56,609 nucleotides of DNA from Dendronephthya gigantea. Lineage: Eukaryota. The notes beneath the pieces were generated by a model. The model saw nothing but the letters and a program-made list of their open reading frames with translations. It did not search any database and was not told where the DNA came from. Positions 33,223 through 46,832 of this stretch are shown here, one piece after another. The stretch covers positions 319,242 through 375,850 of the forward strand of contig NW_021163190.1 in NCBI RefSeq assembly GCF_004324835.1, read 5' to 3'. A program made the position numbers and the translations under genes. Within the stretch, counting starts at the first letter, position 1. Each line of letters opens with the position of its first letter.

Positions 33223-35171
33223 TATGACCTAATGTATCACAAATAAACAACATACTACACACGGAAAAACAATTAAAACATGACCGGCAATTCCTCACTA
33301 TCCTGCTTTATCATTCGGATTGTTCTGTTGGTTTCCGGCCGCATCTTTTACAACGGAAAAAACAGCAACAAATGACAAAAGGCTGTGTCACTTCACAGTT
33401 CAAACTTGATAATTCGTGCCACAACACATGCTTTACGCATGTACATCACATGAACCATCTCAGCGTTTCGCCATAAAAGCAGTTATTATATCTTTCAGTT
33501 AAAGAAACACTGGTTGAAATACTTCGGAGCGTAAAAAATGCTTCAAAAGTATATGAAAATGAGATAAAAACTGTAATATCGCAATCAATATGGATTCGAA
33601 GGTCAAGATTGCATCATATTTCACACATGAGCGCTTAAACACTCAGTTTGATGAAAAGATATTAGATTTTTCGATGAAAGGTCAAGATGGCGGTTTTTCT
33701 TAAGCAGCCTTTGAATGGTTAGTTTGCGTCAGTTAAAAACGCCTTCCGTGTGTCTGTAACTATTTATTTTTTTAAGGGATTTACTATAAGATCAACGAAG
33801 ATTCCATTCTGTTCCGTGGTTCGACAATTGAAGGTCATTTTGATCATCTTTCGTTCGATAGCTCTCAGTCGGTCTCGGCGGGCCTTTTCAGTTGTCGTTT
33901 GAAAATGCCGGCGTTCAAGCAACGCTTACTCGCAGAAATTACGACGAAATATAGACCATGATTAGCCTTTAAGAGACTGTAAATTAGGTGAAAAGTCGTG
34001 TCGTTTAGTTCCTCTAGAGATCTTCCGAAAAAAAGCTAGAAATCTGCTCAGTTTAATATGTTAAAATGCCCTTCGCAGTTTATAGCTCAAAGGTCCTACT
34101 TGCTGTGAAAACGGCCACGGTTTCAATGGGTATAAACATTGCATGTTATCGCGTTTTTTATTACAAACGGCGTGTGTTTGTTCCTAGCAATTGACATGTC
34201 GGCTTTCCACAAGTTCCGACCTTTGGAAATATGCATTAATTCATTAGCGTTTGGCACAATCGCTTTTTAAAGAATCACACGCACGTTGATGGGTCGCTTG
34301 AGGCAGCCACGGGTTTGAGCGATAAAGCCTTTCTGTCATGAAATAACACTTTCAGGAAATGTTTATATATCTCCATCTATCAAATTGTCGTCACGAAAAC
34401 CTCTCCTGTAAACTGTGGTCGTATGCTCGGGTCTACACTTCGATTTTTTCGAGTGAAAATCGATTTGTTTGTATGGCCATTGAGATTTCAGATTTTGATC
34501 TAAATTTCAAACGCTTCACGTTTGCAAGACGATTTTGTTCAAGTATTTTGAGAGTCGTTTTGAAGTGAAGAACCGTGGCGGTTTTTCACCATTTATTTGC
34601 TTGGCTTAATTGTGAATATTTAAAATATTGACAATGCTATAGCTGTTGACTACGGTATATATCACGTTACCAACAGCACAGCTCTAGAAATGGCATCTTT
34701 GAATGGCAATTAATGATGTAAGCTTGTTGCCAAACGCTATGCAGAAAATATAGCTCTGGGAAAGCTCAAAGCGAGCAAAAATCGCTCTATAATCAAAGTA
34801 ACCTTCATAAAAAACCTTTTAATAACGTCTCGGGTTTTGCAGTTGTATTTTTTTCACGAAAGAAGCAACTGAATACAATCATATTTTCATATCGCAACGG
34901 GTTACTAGTAACCTGCCGATAAGAGCGGTATTTTTGGCCGGTTTCCACGAATTATGTTTGGTAAAGTTAACCAGACTTCCTGCCATGAATGGGGTCAATT
35001 TCCGGCTCTTCCAAGGGATGCATTCACCTCAATTAAACCTTCTATAAAGGCGATACTCCATCACGGTCGCAGCATATAGGAAGATTTTTCAAATGGAGGA
35101 TTGTTATTATTATCATATTTAACCAGGATACCTACATCATCTATAGTGTTTTTCAGTGGGGCCCTGATTAA

Positions 35172-35339
35172 AGGCGGATTTCCACTTACAGCGAAATCGT
35201 TCCTAGCGAGATATTTGCATATTTTCTTTTGTTTCTAGAACAGTCAAATCGAACTACTTTATTTATGCTGTTAAAATTCAAAAGAAAATATGCAAATATT
35301 TCGCTAGCGAACGATTTTGCTGTAACTGGAAATCCGCTT
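35172..35339. mobile_element. Tourist-like MITE (AGGCGGATTTCCACTTACAGCGAAATCG ...)
   Basis: About 90% identical to 46610..46778. Confidence 0.65.
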
Positions 35340-38300
35340 TGCTACTAGTTGTGTGCGAATTCTAAACAGGCTCAAGCGATGCAGACATTTGACTGATCTC
35401 AAAGATATACTGTTTCATGTTTTCCCATATAACTTGTCAAAAAAAAAGACCACTTTACTTTCTCGAATTGCTTTCGGATATGAAACTAACTACGCGAGAG
35501 TTTATCTTTGATGATGTCTCTAATGCAAATTCTTTAGACGCGCCTAACAAATAAAATCCCCCTCAAAGAATGTGTCAAAATGGTTTAGAATTTATATATC
35601 ATGTCTTACAGCGTAATGAGTTATGAATTACAGCTTCTCGGGTAGCACTTCGTTTTCTAAATGCAACTTTGAACCTAATTTAACAAGGTATAGTTGAGTT
35701 TCGTTTGCATTTAATTTGAGAACATGCTTGACGTTTGAAACGAATTTTTGTGAACGCGATTGTAAAAAGCTTGTAATAGGCTTAGGCCTATCGATACAGA
35801 CGTGAACTTAATAACTCCAGATATGATCGAGTTGAAATTCGATTTCAGCTGAGAGCCATTGAGATTGTATCGTATTGTTACACAATATATATCTTTAACA
35901 AGTGCACGGAATTTGCAAGGAATTCACTAGTTTCGTAATATTTTTAAACCAAAGTTTGTATGTATCGTGTAAGATAGATTAGATTGAAATTGAACACGTA
36001 TTATTTTGTAAATATTGTACTCTGTACTTGCCGTCCAAATAGTTTTCATTTTCAATGACTATGGGGAGTTTTATTTGCTCTATAAATACATCTAGAAATT
36101 TCTAGAAATTTGGTGCATAAACGCATTTATAAATTCAGTCATCGGGTTAGTTCCATTGCTCTGCTTCTAATCAGTGGCCCCTGTGTTTGTTAAAAAGGTT
36201 TCGTAGGTTAAAGGTAACCTTTTTTAAAAAATCCACTCTTGCTTGCGTGGTGGCCTGGTGGGTGAACAGCGGTTAGTCCATTAAGTTAATAGGATACAAT
36301 TGCCATCATCTCTTTTTTATTGCCGGCTGAATTTAACGTGTTATAACTTGCGCCCCTCTTGACCAAGTTCATGGTCGGCATAATTTGCATGGTTTGCGCA
36401 ACGCTTATATTTCAAAACATTGGAATTTCGATAGAAGTATAATGTTGCACTAGTAGATAATATATTGTTTATAACTTCATCTTTTAAAAGCCACGGGGTC
36501 CATAGAACCCGTTTAACATGACATTAATACTTAATCGTCTTAATGCTAGTTTCAAGAACTTTTCCATTGGGTAATCAGTGTTAAGGCTGCTTTCCAGTTA
36601 CGCGTTTTTTATACGCACGTACACGTACGGAAAATTTGAAATGCTTTTAGATTTTTATTATTTAACATCTGGGTAACGCATGCTAAAATCGAACTCGAGA
36701 CCATCAATGACGCAAAGAATTTTGCCGGGAAGTCTATTTGGAATGATTGCAGATTTTCTGCTTAAAAAATCGTGATCAGTCAAAGAGAAATTATTCATCC
36801 GCGAATCAGAAAACGTTTGACAACAGATTTTATTCTTTCCGGAACAGTGTTCTGGGATTTGAACCCAGAAGCCAAACAGTGCATTTCAACAATGGAATTT
36901 GAAAGACAGGACTTCGTCTTTTGCCATAGCTTTGGTTGGCCATACGGAAAAGTTTTCGTATGAATTGGCATTGAAATTGTATATAGTTTAAAAAAGGGAA
37001 GTAATTTTGATGAATTTGTTTGGCCCCAGACATGGACACTGTTTTTTACAAGCCAAACGAAAAGGAGGGAAACCGGAGTACCCGGAGAAAAACCCTCCTG
37101 GTGGTCTGCGGTATTGCCCATTACCAGGCAGTAACACTGACTACCATACGATGGTCCGAATTTGATATTTTTGATTTTGAAATTCCGCAATCGTTAGTTG
37201 GGAGGGTGGGACAGTACACCCCACCCACCCCCCTATAGTCCGAATTATTGCTTCTCGCTTCTCATTGGCTGGCTTTCAAACGCATCACAGTCAGTAGAAC
37301 TCGCCATATTCATTTGCTAGATTGCTACGCAATATTGATCCGCCATTTTGTTTTTTTCGCCATTTTGTTTTTTCGCCATTTTGTTTTTTCATATAATGCT
37401 CTAAGAATTTGTTCGCCGTTCATATTTTCAGTCAATTTAGGTGATTATATTTTACTTTGGTTATCTAATAAATATTCGTCTGACAATTGCCATTTATTTC
37501 AATGCTTTCTCCGTGGAAAAATCGTGCAAAAAACCCAGGAACAAGTCATTGTTCCAACATGCAGCTAATTTTTGGCCTTTGTCAGACGTTCCTGGTGGTC
37601 TAAATAGGTTCTTTATTTATTGTTTATTTTATTGTAACTTTTGAATGCCTTTTAACTTCGAACGCGCGCTTGTATGAAGGACATTTACATTTACTACAAT
37701 TTTTCTCATGATCTCATCAACTGATTTCAAATTTCGATGAAATTTGAATAAAATCTCACAATCATGACATGCATTTACATACTATACTTCAAATTCATGA
37801 TTACTATGATATGGTGCTCGATATGTAATCAATTATGCTTAAATTTTGCGTTGTAATGCAATGCAATGACATTTTTATCAAAACTGAATTGTTGCCAAGC
37901 GAAACTGTCGCTTTATCGAATGATAATACTGGAAATAAAGTGATTGTATTCTCAAATAACTGATGTCTAGTGAAAATTTGCAGCCTAGAATGTGTCGTGT
38001 GTAGCTCAGCAGACATCGTTTGTTATTATGAATTGATTTCTGTTATTCTTTTATTTGAAACAGACGCTTATAGACAAGATCATCCAGTATCCTCTCGTGA
38101 AATATCATAAAAATTCTGTTTTACCAAACTGAAAACGACCGCTAATTTTACCCTGGGTTAAGTTGCTTCGAACATCGAGAAAACACAGAAGGGAATATTC
38201 AATAGAGGGGCTTATAGAATTATCAAAATATATATTTGATACTTATCTTCGTAAACTTGAACCATATTCTGGATTTTTTAGATCACGGATCAACCAACAG

Positions 38301-40411
38301 TTCTTGATTTTCGTCCGATCAAATACCGCGATAAAGTTGGAGCCAGTCCGTTCTGCGCATGTGCTGTATCAGACAACTCATCTGCGAACGAAGGTGACAA
38401 TCTTGTTGAATTGTTTTCGTATATGCCACCATCTTGACCACGGATACCTTCAAAGACTCAAAACTAAATGATTCAAAAAAAGGGTTAGTACGTTCAATTC
38501 GATGCTATTTTGAGCTCTTGTTTCAAATTGTCAATGTTTCTGTTGTTCTATGTAGTGCAATTGGTCAGGAATTGTTGGGCATTATCGTTAGGTGCCTTCG
38601 GATATCTTTGTTCGAAGTCATGTAGTGGTTAACATGCAAAACACACCACCCCATTCCAATACCCCATCAACAGAGGGTTCAAATTATATACCAGTTCACT
38701 CAATATTCGAAGCAACCAGTTTAAACCATCACAGGATCAGAGTGTGCCAAACCACGAAAATAGTCAATCGAATATCGAAGAGGATTTTTAAAAAAGGATC
38801 GAGTCTATGCGTCAAAATAATTCAGGAATAATTTTTGTTTATACCGTGAGAAAAACCGAACATTAATTACTACTACAGCGAAATTTGTCCAAAAATTTGA
38901 TTAGGTTTTGAAAAGTTTTATGTGTCTTATATAAATAAATATTACAGTAAAGTCATGTGCAAAGTCGTGATGCAATGTAATGCAATGTGTTTCAATGTTA
39001 TTCAATTATTTTCAAATATGAGAAAAAAATCAGTGCTAAATGTCCTTCAAAATTTCCGCCATTTTTTGTCCAAAGCGCTGATATATAACACGTATATAAT
39101 CGCTTTGGTTTGCAACTTGCACCGGATGCTACATTAGATCCGAGCTTGTCGCGCATGCGCATCGCAAATCGCATTACCGCTGGCATCTAAGCTTGACAGG
39201 TCATCTGTCATCAAGCGCCCTACACAAGGATATTCAAATATATTTAGTTAGACCACCAGGCGAGTTCGACTTCAGAACAAATAATGATATTATTCATGCA
39301 TTGACTACGAAAGTTCTGAAGTCGATATCTAACTATAATACCTATAGTACCTATAGTATAAACCTGAATGAGCTTCCTCTTCACTTGAAACAGCTACTCC
39401 ATCCATTATCGAAGCATCTTTTTAATCTCCACAGCCTCCAATCGCACTCTAGTATCCGCGCTGACTTGTATCTCCAAGTAAGTCCAGTTGATATACATCG
39501 TCATCAGTCATGCGTAGATCACACTCCAGTATTCGTGCTGACGTGTGTCCCCCAAGTCAGTCCAGTCGATATACAACACCACCAGTCGTCTCTTCATCCA
39601 ATGCTCATCGTAGGCTCCAGTTCGCGGGTCTGTCTGCTCGCCAAGTCACCCACTTGTCGTACGCAAATACAAAAATGCTTCTATGTGCCCTTTTCAGGCG
39701 AAAATATTCCGTCGAAAATTAAGTAATCTTAATCAGAAATCAATTTATCGCAACTTATTTCATGAATTGTTGCCATGCAGCCAAATTACCTATGTTTTAA
39801 AAGCAAATCTAACGTACTTGGTTCGTTTTGTTCACTCGAAAACAGACATGCATACACAACAGCAAATTTTCAATTTTGCCGAAATAAATAAATAAACAAG
39901 AACACAAAATAAATAGATTAAACCGTTAACAAAGCGAAATACGTTTTCTTTTTCTTTTTAAAAACTTTTTGTGTCCTCTCTTACAGACGAAAATATTTTA
40001 TAGAAATCTGAAATCGTAATCGAAACCAACAATAAATTTATCCCAACTTTAAGAATTTTTTGTCCGCGCAACCATTTTATTTCAAAACTTTATTTTTTGG
40101 TTCAGTTTTTCATTTATTTAAAAGCAACGTGTCACAGTCACACTCACAAGTTCTCTTCTAAATTCTCATGCATCACGAATTAAGTTTTGAGCCGCTATAA
40201 AAGCGACATAATTTTCCCCCATTCCGCGCCTATTGAATCGAGCATGAAAAATACGAATGAGGGGCCCCTATCATTCGTATTTCTCGTGCCCAAAACACCA
40301 GTTCTTAATCCAGGGTTGGCCAATAAAATGTAAACCGAAAATTGAAGAATAAGGATCGAACAAGCGAGTGAATTATAGATTTATAGTCAATAGACACACG
40401 TTGATAGAAGG

Positions 40412-41000
40412 AAATGAACAACACGTTTTTAGAATGAAATCGAAATGAACAACACGTTTTTAGAATGAAATGAACAACACGTTTTTAGAATGAAATGAAC
40501 AACACGTTTTTAGAATGAAATGAACAAACACGTTTTTAGAACGAAATGAACAACGCGTTTTTAGAACGAAATGAAGAACACGTTTTTAGAATGAAATGAA
40601 CAACACGTTTTTAGAACGAAATGAACAACACGTTTTTAGAATGAAATGAACAATACGTTTTTAGAACGAAATGAACAACACGTTTTTAGAATGAAATGAA
40701 CAACACGTTTTTAGAATGAAATGAACAATACGTTTTTAGAACGAAATGAACAACACGTTTTTAGAATGAAATGAAGAACACGTTTTTAGAATGAAATGAA
40801 CAACACGTTTTTAGAACGAAATGAACAACACGTTTTTAGAACGAAATGAACAACACGTTTTTAGAACGAAATGAACAACACGTTTTTAGAACGAAATGAA
40901 CAACACGTTTTTAGAACGAAATGAACAACACGTTTTTAGAACGAAATGAACGACACGTTTTTAGAACGAAATGAACAACACGTTTTTAGAACGAAATGAA
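40412..41000 (+). repeat. 25-bp satellite (acgtttttagaatgaaatgaacaac), about 23 copies
   Basis: Direct observation. Confidence 0.9.
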
Positions 41001-42040
41001 CTCAATTGAAACATAATTTTGTCGCTTACTATAGCAGCCTTTACGAGGCGAAAACTTGGTCGTAATTTTTGGAATATATTTAGTATTTGCTCACATTTAG
41101 TGAATGACTTGCATACAGCGATTTCATCATCTATAAAAAAATTAAGATCATTAGACATCTGGGTTATAAACTGTATGTTTCTCGGGGTATCATTTGATCT
41201 CATTTCATTGTTTGAGAAACACGGATTATCTTGAAATTCACCCGAGCAAAGAATCAATAAAAACAGATCGAATAATACCTTTTTGCTTTGTTGAGTTCAC
41301 TGCGATTAAAGCTCGACAGGGGACACACGAGTTCTTCAAATTTCGACGCTTTTCCTCGATGATTTTCGCTCTAAAATACAGAGAATTATTAACACTACTA
41401 GTAACGTCTAGTCTTTACCAAAATATAAAAGCAAATTTGAATTTATTATGAGCTTTGATGCGTGTCCCAACCGTAAACGAATGTTGTTTTCAACAAGGAA
41501 TTTTCAACATGCGATTACTTGGTTATTTCTCGCGATAATGGCAATAAAAATATACTGTTAGAAAGCTAAATAAGTCCTCTATCTCGCTACGTAAAAGTTA
41601 AATCGATAAATTCAATATTTAATGCATTACGACATGTTAAACTTGCTGCTTCATTTTAACGAGACAACCTAAATTACTGATTTGAATTAAAACAAAGGAA
41701 TCCATAAGCTACCTCTTTGTGAAATCATAACTTGATCAGTCTGTCCGTTGAACATCTATCCTTTTAAGCTCTTCAGATCCTTAGATATTAGTATTTTCTT
41801 CTGATACTAATACTTTCTTCGCAAGTTTTGTTCCACTTCGACCATCCCGTTGTACTGATTAAAACGAAGCGCTATTCAGAAAGCCTCAAACTTTTATAAC
41901 CTGTTTGAATCTCCCGCCTGGCGCATAAATGAATAATAAAGATGCTTTTCATTGGTCAAATTGCACCAAATTACTTCCTTCGATCCTTCATAGTTTACAA
42001 CAGGGTCATCAGTTGGAATAACAAGTACGATCGTACAATA

Positions 42041-42336
42041 CAGGGTGAGTAAAAAAACCTGACACCTTTGAAATTCAAATTAGCTGCGAACTTATGGCTG
42101 GAATATGACAATTCCCATGTATAATCAACAAAAACGATTTGATAATACTGTTCTTTTGTATTTACAGAGCTTAGAATGCATTTTAACTCCCAATGGGAAC
42201 AAACTTTATGTTTTAGGTTAATTAATATGATATGCTTCGTATACCTATGAAACATTTTAAGCAATTTCTGCCACATTACAGCCGCTATGCGACTAATTTG
42301 CATTTCAAAGGTGTCAGTTTTTTTTTACTCACCCTG
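42041..42336. mobile_element. TA-flanked CAGGGTG-TIR MITE
   Basis: TIR cagggtgagtaaaaaaacctgacacctttgaaat / atttcaaaggtgtcagtttttttttactcaccctg, with TA on both sides. Confidence 0.65.
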
Positions 42337-42338
42337 TA

Positions 42339-42710
42339 CAGGGTGTATAAAAAAAAACGCAACTTAATATTCATGAATATCCTCTTTGTTCTACAACACA
42401 AAAGACGTTTGCCCCCTGGAATGCGAGAAAGCTTGTAATCATATTCTAGCGGCACAATCGTCGATAAACAAAGTCAGGTGCGTAAACCAACGAGCTGAAT
42501 TGAAAGTATTTAACGAGTAAAATTTTACTTACAACTTATTTTATAAGGTTGACAATAAAAACTGCACCATTATTAGTTTAGCTGATTTGACTATTAGCAG
42601 TTAAACTGTACGATTAGAAGCCATTTTAAAATCCCAGGGGCATAAAATCTATTGAGCTTATAAACAATATGAATTTTAAAATATTGTCGCGTTTTTTTTG
42701 AGACACCCTG
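42339..42710. mobile_element. Second CAGGGTG-TIR MITE (cagggtgtataaaaaaaaacgcaac ... gtcgcgttttttttgagacaccctg), inserted at the TA that abuts the previous element
   Basis: The two elements share the central TA at 42337-38. A TA follows at 42711-12. Confidence 0.6.
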
Positions 42711-43018
42711 TATAGTGGACCAGGAACTCTGCGTAACCGAGTTTAATTTCTGAACTGCATTGTATTTATAACAATGGAGAGGACAATGTATTTCTAATCG
42801 TTTGCGTTTACTTATATATAGGCTGAATATTAATGATATGTATATATTATTTGCTGCAAATATATCAAGAATTGCTTGTAAGTTGTAACTTGCTTCAAAG
42901 GTCAAAAGTAAAAATTCGAACTCCGTCAATCGATGCGGAATATTGCTTATAGAATAATTGTGCCAAGTTTCATTCCGATCAAACAAGTAATGCTAGAGTC
43001 TTGGGGTTTTTTTAAAGA

Positions 43019-43044
43019 GCGTCACCTTCTAACAACAACAACAA
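43019..43044 (+). repeat. (CAA)n microsatellite
   Basis: Direct observation. Confidence 0.9.
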
Positions 43045-43250
43045 CAACAACAAGAAGATAAGCAGCAAAAATTTTATCAAACAGAGCCCTTAAGCCTGTT
43101 TTCCACTGTCGTTTTCTTTTTTTTGGAAGTACGTATAAGGTACGTAAAAGTTTAAAATAGTTTAAATGATACTCGTGAAATGAACGATTGAATAGATGCA
43201 TACTGCATAGGGTATGCAGAACATAAAATATTTTCAGACTTAAACTCCTC

Positions 43251-43490
43251 GGGCCGGTTGTATCAAGCCCGTTTAGCTTAAACGGTGGATAAGTTCAAAA
43301 TAGAAAGCAAGTCTGCCGTTTTATTCAACAAGGGAACAAAATATTTTTGACCTTATTACAAAGATACTGTTTACAACTACATATTCAGTGCATAATATTC
43401 AAGTTGACTCGTTCAAGAGAGATGTAAGAGTGTTATTTAGTTTTGACTTATCCACCGTTTAAGCTAAACGGGCTTGATACAACCGGCCCC
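43251..43490. mobile_element. GGCCGGTTGTATC-TIR MITE
   Basis: As above. Confidence 0.65.
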
Positions 43491-43715
43491 TGAAAAACGG
43501 ATGCCATTGTTAAACTGGTTTTTATTTTTCTATGCGAGGTAGCAGGATCTTTACAACGTTGAAACTACTGTTCTTAAATGTTTGCCTTTGGTTATGTCTT
43601 TTATGCCTTTCGTATATGTTCTTCCTTATTGAACTTCTAAAGGTTTCATATGATTTTTACTCCGTACTTGGGTACGTCAAAAGCCCGAGTGGGCTGACCC
43701 TTATCCAACCAATCA

Positions 43716-43956
43716 GGGGCCGGTTGTATCAGGCCCGTTTAGCTTAAACGGTGGATAAGTCAAAATTAAATAACACTCTTACAACTCTTTTGAATGAGTC
43801 AACTTGAATATTATGCACTGAATATGTAGTTGTAAACAGTATCTTTGTATTAAGGTTAAAAACATTTAGTTCGCTTGTTGAGTAAAACAATAGACTTGCT
43901 TTCTATTTTGAACTTATCCACCGTTTAAGCTAAACGGGCTTGATACAACCAGCCCC
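43716..43956. mobile_element. GGCCGGTTGTATC-TIR MITE (opposite orientation to the 43251 copy)
   Basis: As above. Confidence 0.65.
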
Positions 43957-44292
43957 TGCGTTGTAAGGTATAAATGTGTGTTGGTCTTAGAAGCTCGTTC
44001 CAACTCTCATATCTTGTTTGTTTAAGGCGTTGTTGCACTAGTCGAGTTGGTCTTCTGCTCAATCGATCAATATTTCTCATCAACAGCTAGTAAAATTTTC
44101 AAACATTATACCTCTGTGAGCATTAGTTTTCAACTTAGCTAACTACATACACTACAAATTTTATCGAATGAAGCTTTCTGTGACATAATGCTTAAAATGC
44201 TCGACCGTGCGAAGATATACATGCGAGTGATTCACACAAGAGCTTGCAGCTGCGAACAGCATATACATATTTTTTAAATGTAACAGTTGAGC

Positions 44293-44664
44293 TTAGGGCC
44301 TGTTTATATGATCCCGCCTAGCCGGGACGGGACAGTTTCCGAGATCCTGCTTGTGATACAAACACTAATTAGTGTTTATATGACCACTTTTCCATCCCGC
44401 GTAGTCGGGATCCCGGCACTTCTTGACGAGAAATTGCCATATAAACACTCCATCCCGCTTGCCCGGGATGATTCGCGATTACCATACATTAGGAGCATGT
44501 GTATATATTGGCATATTCGTTTTCTACAATAAAACATGCCGTCGAAGGGACCTGCACTACAAAATGAACTCCATATAAACACGCCATCCCACCTAGGCGA
44601 GTTTCCCGGCTAAGCGGGATGAACATCCCGTCCCGGCTGACGGGATCATATAAACAGGCCCTAA
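44293..44664. mobile_element. MITE with TIR TTAGGGCCTGTTTATATGATCCCG and internal catataaacac..catcccgc subrepeats
   Basis: 24-bp perfect TIRs at 44293 and 44641..44664. Confidence 0.7.
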
Positions 44665-44682
44665 GCAACCGTGCATACGACA

Positions 44683-44923
44683 GGGGCCGGTTGTATCAAG
44701 CCCGTTTAACTTAAACGGTGGATAAGTCAAAATTAAATAACACTCTTACAACTCTCTTGAGTGAGTCAACTTGAATATTATGCACTGAATATGTAGTTGT
44801 AAACAGTATCTTTGTATTAAGGTTAAAAACATTTTGTTTGCTTCTTGAATAAAACGATAGACTTGCTTTCTATTTTGAACTTAACCACCGTTTAAGCTAA
44901 ACGGGCTTGATACAACCGGCCCC
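44683..44923. mobile_element. GGCCGGTTGTATC-TIR MITE
   Basis: As above. Confidence 0.65.
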
Positions 44924-45138
44924 AGGGTGATTAATGTTTTCGCCTTATTAATAGCTTTATGATGTCTTAAACCGGTTTTTTAAATTATGGAATGGAATAC
45001 CAGAAATACCTCTCATGCAATCATTATAAAGTTAAGTATATATAATATAGTCAAATTGTTTGAATATTATCAGTTAGCAAATGTATAATAATAGTTTGCG
45101 TGTATTAGAAATAGCCGTTTCATTTTGTATATAGTTAA

Positions 45139-45278
45139 TAGACCTTTTTTATAATGACGTCAAACGCGGAAAGTGTGATCTTACACGAAGTTTGATTAGC
45201 TCGATAGTTTTGTGGAGCCAATCAAATTTCGTGTAACATCAGACTTTCCGCGTTTGACGTCATTATAAGAAAGGTCTA
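45139..45278. mobile_element. Palindromic CRE/CCAAT element, copy 2. TGACGTCA on both arms (45155..45162 and 45255..45262); CCAATC at 45218.
   Basis: Perfect hairpin tagacctttttt ataatgacgtcaaacgcgg ... ccgcgtttgacgtcattataagaaaggtcta. Confidence 0.7.
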
Positions 45279-45400
45279 TTGCACACGCCAGTCACGTCTC
45301 ATGGAAATCAGCAAATGTTGATTGAGACAAGTAATAATAATCTGTTTATTAAAACCAACTTGCAGTATTAAAACTGAATTACATGGTTATATACTCTACC

Positions 45401-46198
45401 CTAATAATTATATTTAACAGTGATAAAATTACTAAATCGTTCTGTATTTGTTTGTAGTTGTCGGCTTCCGTGTTCATGCCTCAAATTATATTCATTGGTA
45501 GAAACGCTAGTCTGTCTTTCAATTGCATCACGAGGGGGGTTAATTGTAACATTATCTTCTTTTAATTTATTTATAAATAATTTGCAAGAACTATCTCTCC
45601 GTGACCATAAAGTTTGGAGTCCAATATGGTTCAGTGCGTTTGCATACGACAAATCTGGGATAATAATACGTAGAGCTCTTTTTTGAATGGATTCGATCAT
45701 GTCCGACTGCTTCTTCGTTAACGCTGACCATGCTGGGTACTCCAAACAAGGCCTAATAAAGGTGGAATATATAGTTACGAGATTCTTGACACTTAGTCTG
45801 GCTTTTTTTAATTGTCGCAAAGCATAAAGCCTAGAATTCGATTTTTTGATGACATAATCAACGTGATCAAACCAAGAGAGATCATCCCTCAACTATACTC
45901 CAAGCAATTTAACCGATTGTACCAATTCACCGTCAATATAGATTGGATTCCCGTACGGGAGTTCATATTGGAGAAAGGATATACTCATATCTTTACACTT
46001 CTTAGAGTTTAATTTCATTCCTCTGGCAGATGCAAACTGGGAAATTTCATTTACGAGAATGGGCATAAGGCTGGGGGAGCAACGGTGAATAACTTCCAGG
46101 GCGCTTGTGTCATCAACATACTTAATTCGCGCGTTCCAATCTTTCAGAAGGGAATTCAACCATGGTCGAGTTCGCCGGAAAACGACTAATTCAACCAT
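45401..46198 (-). pseudogene. Fragment of a non-LTR (LINE) reverse transcriptase, with one in-frame stop
   Basis: Has YVDD (the YXDD motif), then GMKLNSKKCKDM, then ...KLLGV*MRDDLSWFDHVDYVIKKSNSRLYALRQLKK. From my recollection of LINE RTs, the usual consensus there is LGVxIDxxLSWxxHI...RLxxLRxLK. The two listed ORFs are contiguous in one frame across a stop at 45893-95. Confidence 0.7.
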
Positions 46199-46609
46199 GG
46201 TCGAGTTCGCCGGAAAACGACTAATTCGACCATGGTCGAGTTCGCCGGAAAACGACTAACTCGACCATAGTCGAGTTCGCCGGAAAACGACTAATTCGAC
46301 CATGGTCGAGTTCTCCGGAAAACGACTAATTCGACCATGGTCGAGTTCTCCGGAAAACGACTAATTCGACCATGGTCGAGTTCGCCGGAAAACGACTAAT
46401 TGGACCATGGTCGAGTTCTCCGGAAAACGACTAATTGGACCATGGTCGAGTTCTCCGGAAAACGACTAATTGGACCATGGTCGAGTTCTCCGGAAAACGA
46501 CTAATTGGACCATGGTCGAGTTCTCCGGAAAACGACTAATTGGACCATGGTCGAGTTCTCCGGAAAACGACTAATTGGACCATGGTCGAGTTCGCCGGAA
46601 AACGACTAA
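46140..46609 (+). repeat. 35-bp satellite (accatggtcgagttcgccggaaaacgactaattcg), about 13 copies, beginning seamlessly inside the LINE RT sequence
   Basis: The unit read on the minus strand encodes VELVVFRRTRPW, which is the N-terminal peptide of the LINE ORF fragment. Confidence 0.9.
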
Positions 46610-46778
46610 AGGCGGATCTCCACTTACAGCGAAATCGTTCGCCAGCGAAATATTTGCATATTTTCTTTTGAATTTTAACAGCATAAATAAATTAGTTCGA
46701 CTTGACTGTTCTCAATTCAAAAGAAAATATGCAAATATTTCGCTAGCGAACGATTTCGCTGTAAGTGGAAATCCGCCT
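46610..46778. mobile_element. Tourist-like MITE with 3-bp TAA TSD, inserted in the 35-bp satellite
   Basis: TAA at 46607-09 and 46779-81. Removing the element restores the satellite unit cgactaactcgacc. Confidence 0.8.
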
Positions 46779-46832
46779 TAACTCGACCATGGTCGAGTTC
46801 GCCGGAAAACGACTAATTCGACCATGGTCGAG
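46779..46832 (+). repeat. 35-bp satellite, the segment between the MITE and the copia element
   Basis: Same unit. Confidence 0.9.

Noticed and set aside
36795-37190. 131-aa minus-strand ORF, plus small ORFs in 31000..36000
   Set aside because: No splice-consistent structure, no recognisable homology, and the region is AT-rich with short random ORFs. Insufficient support.
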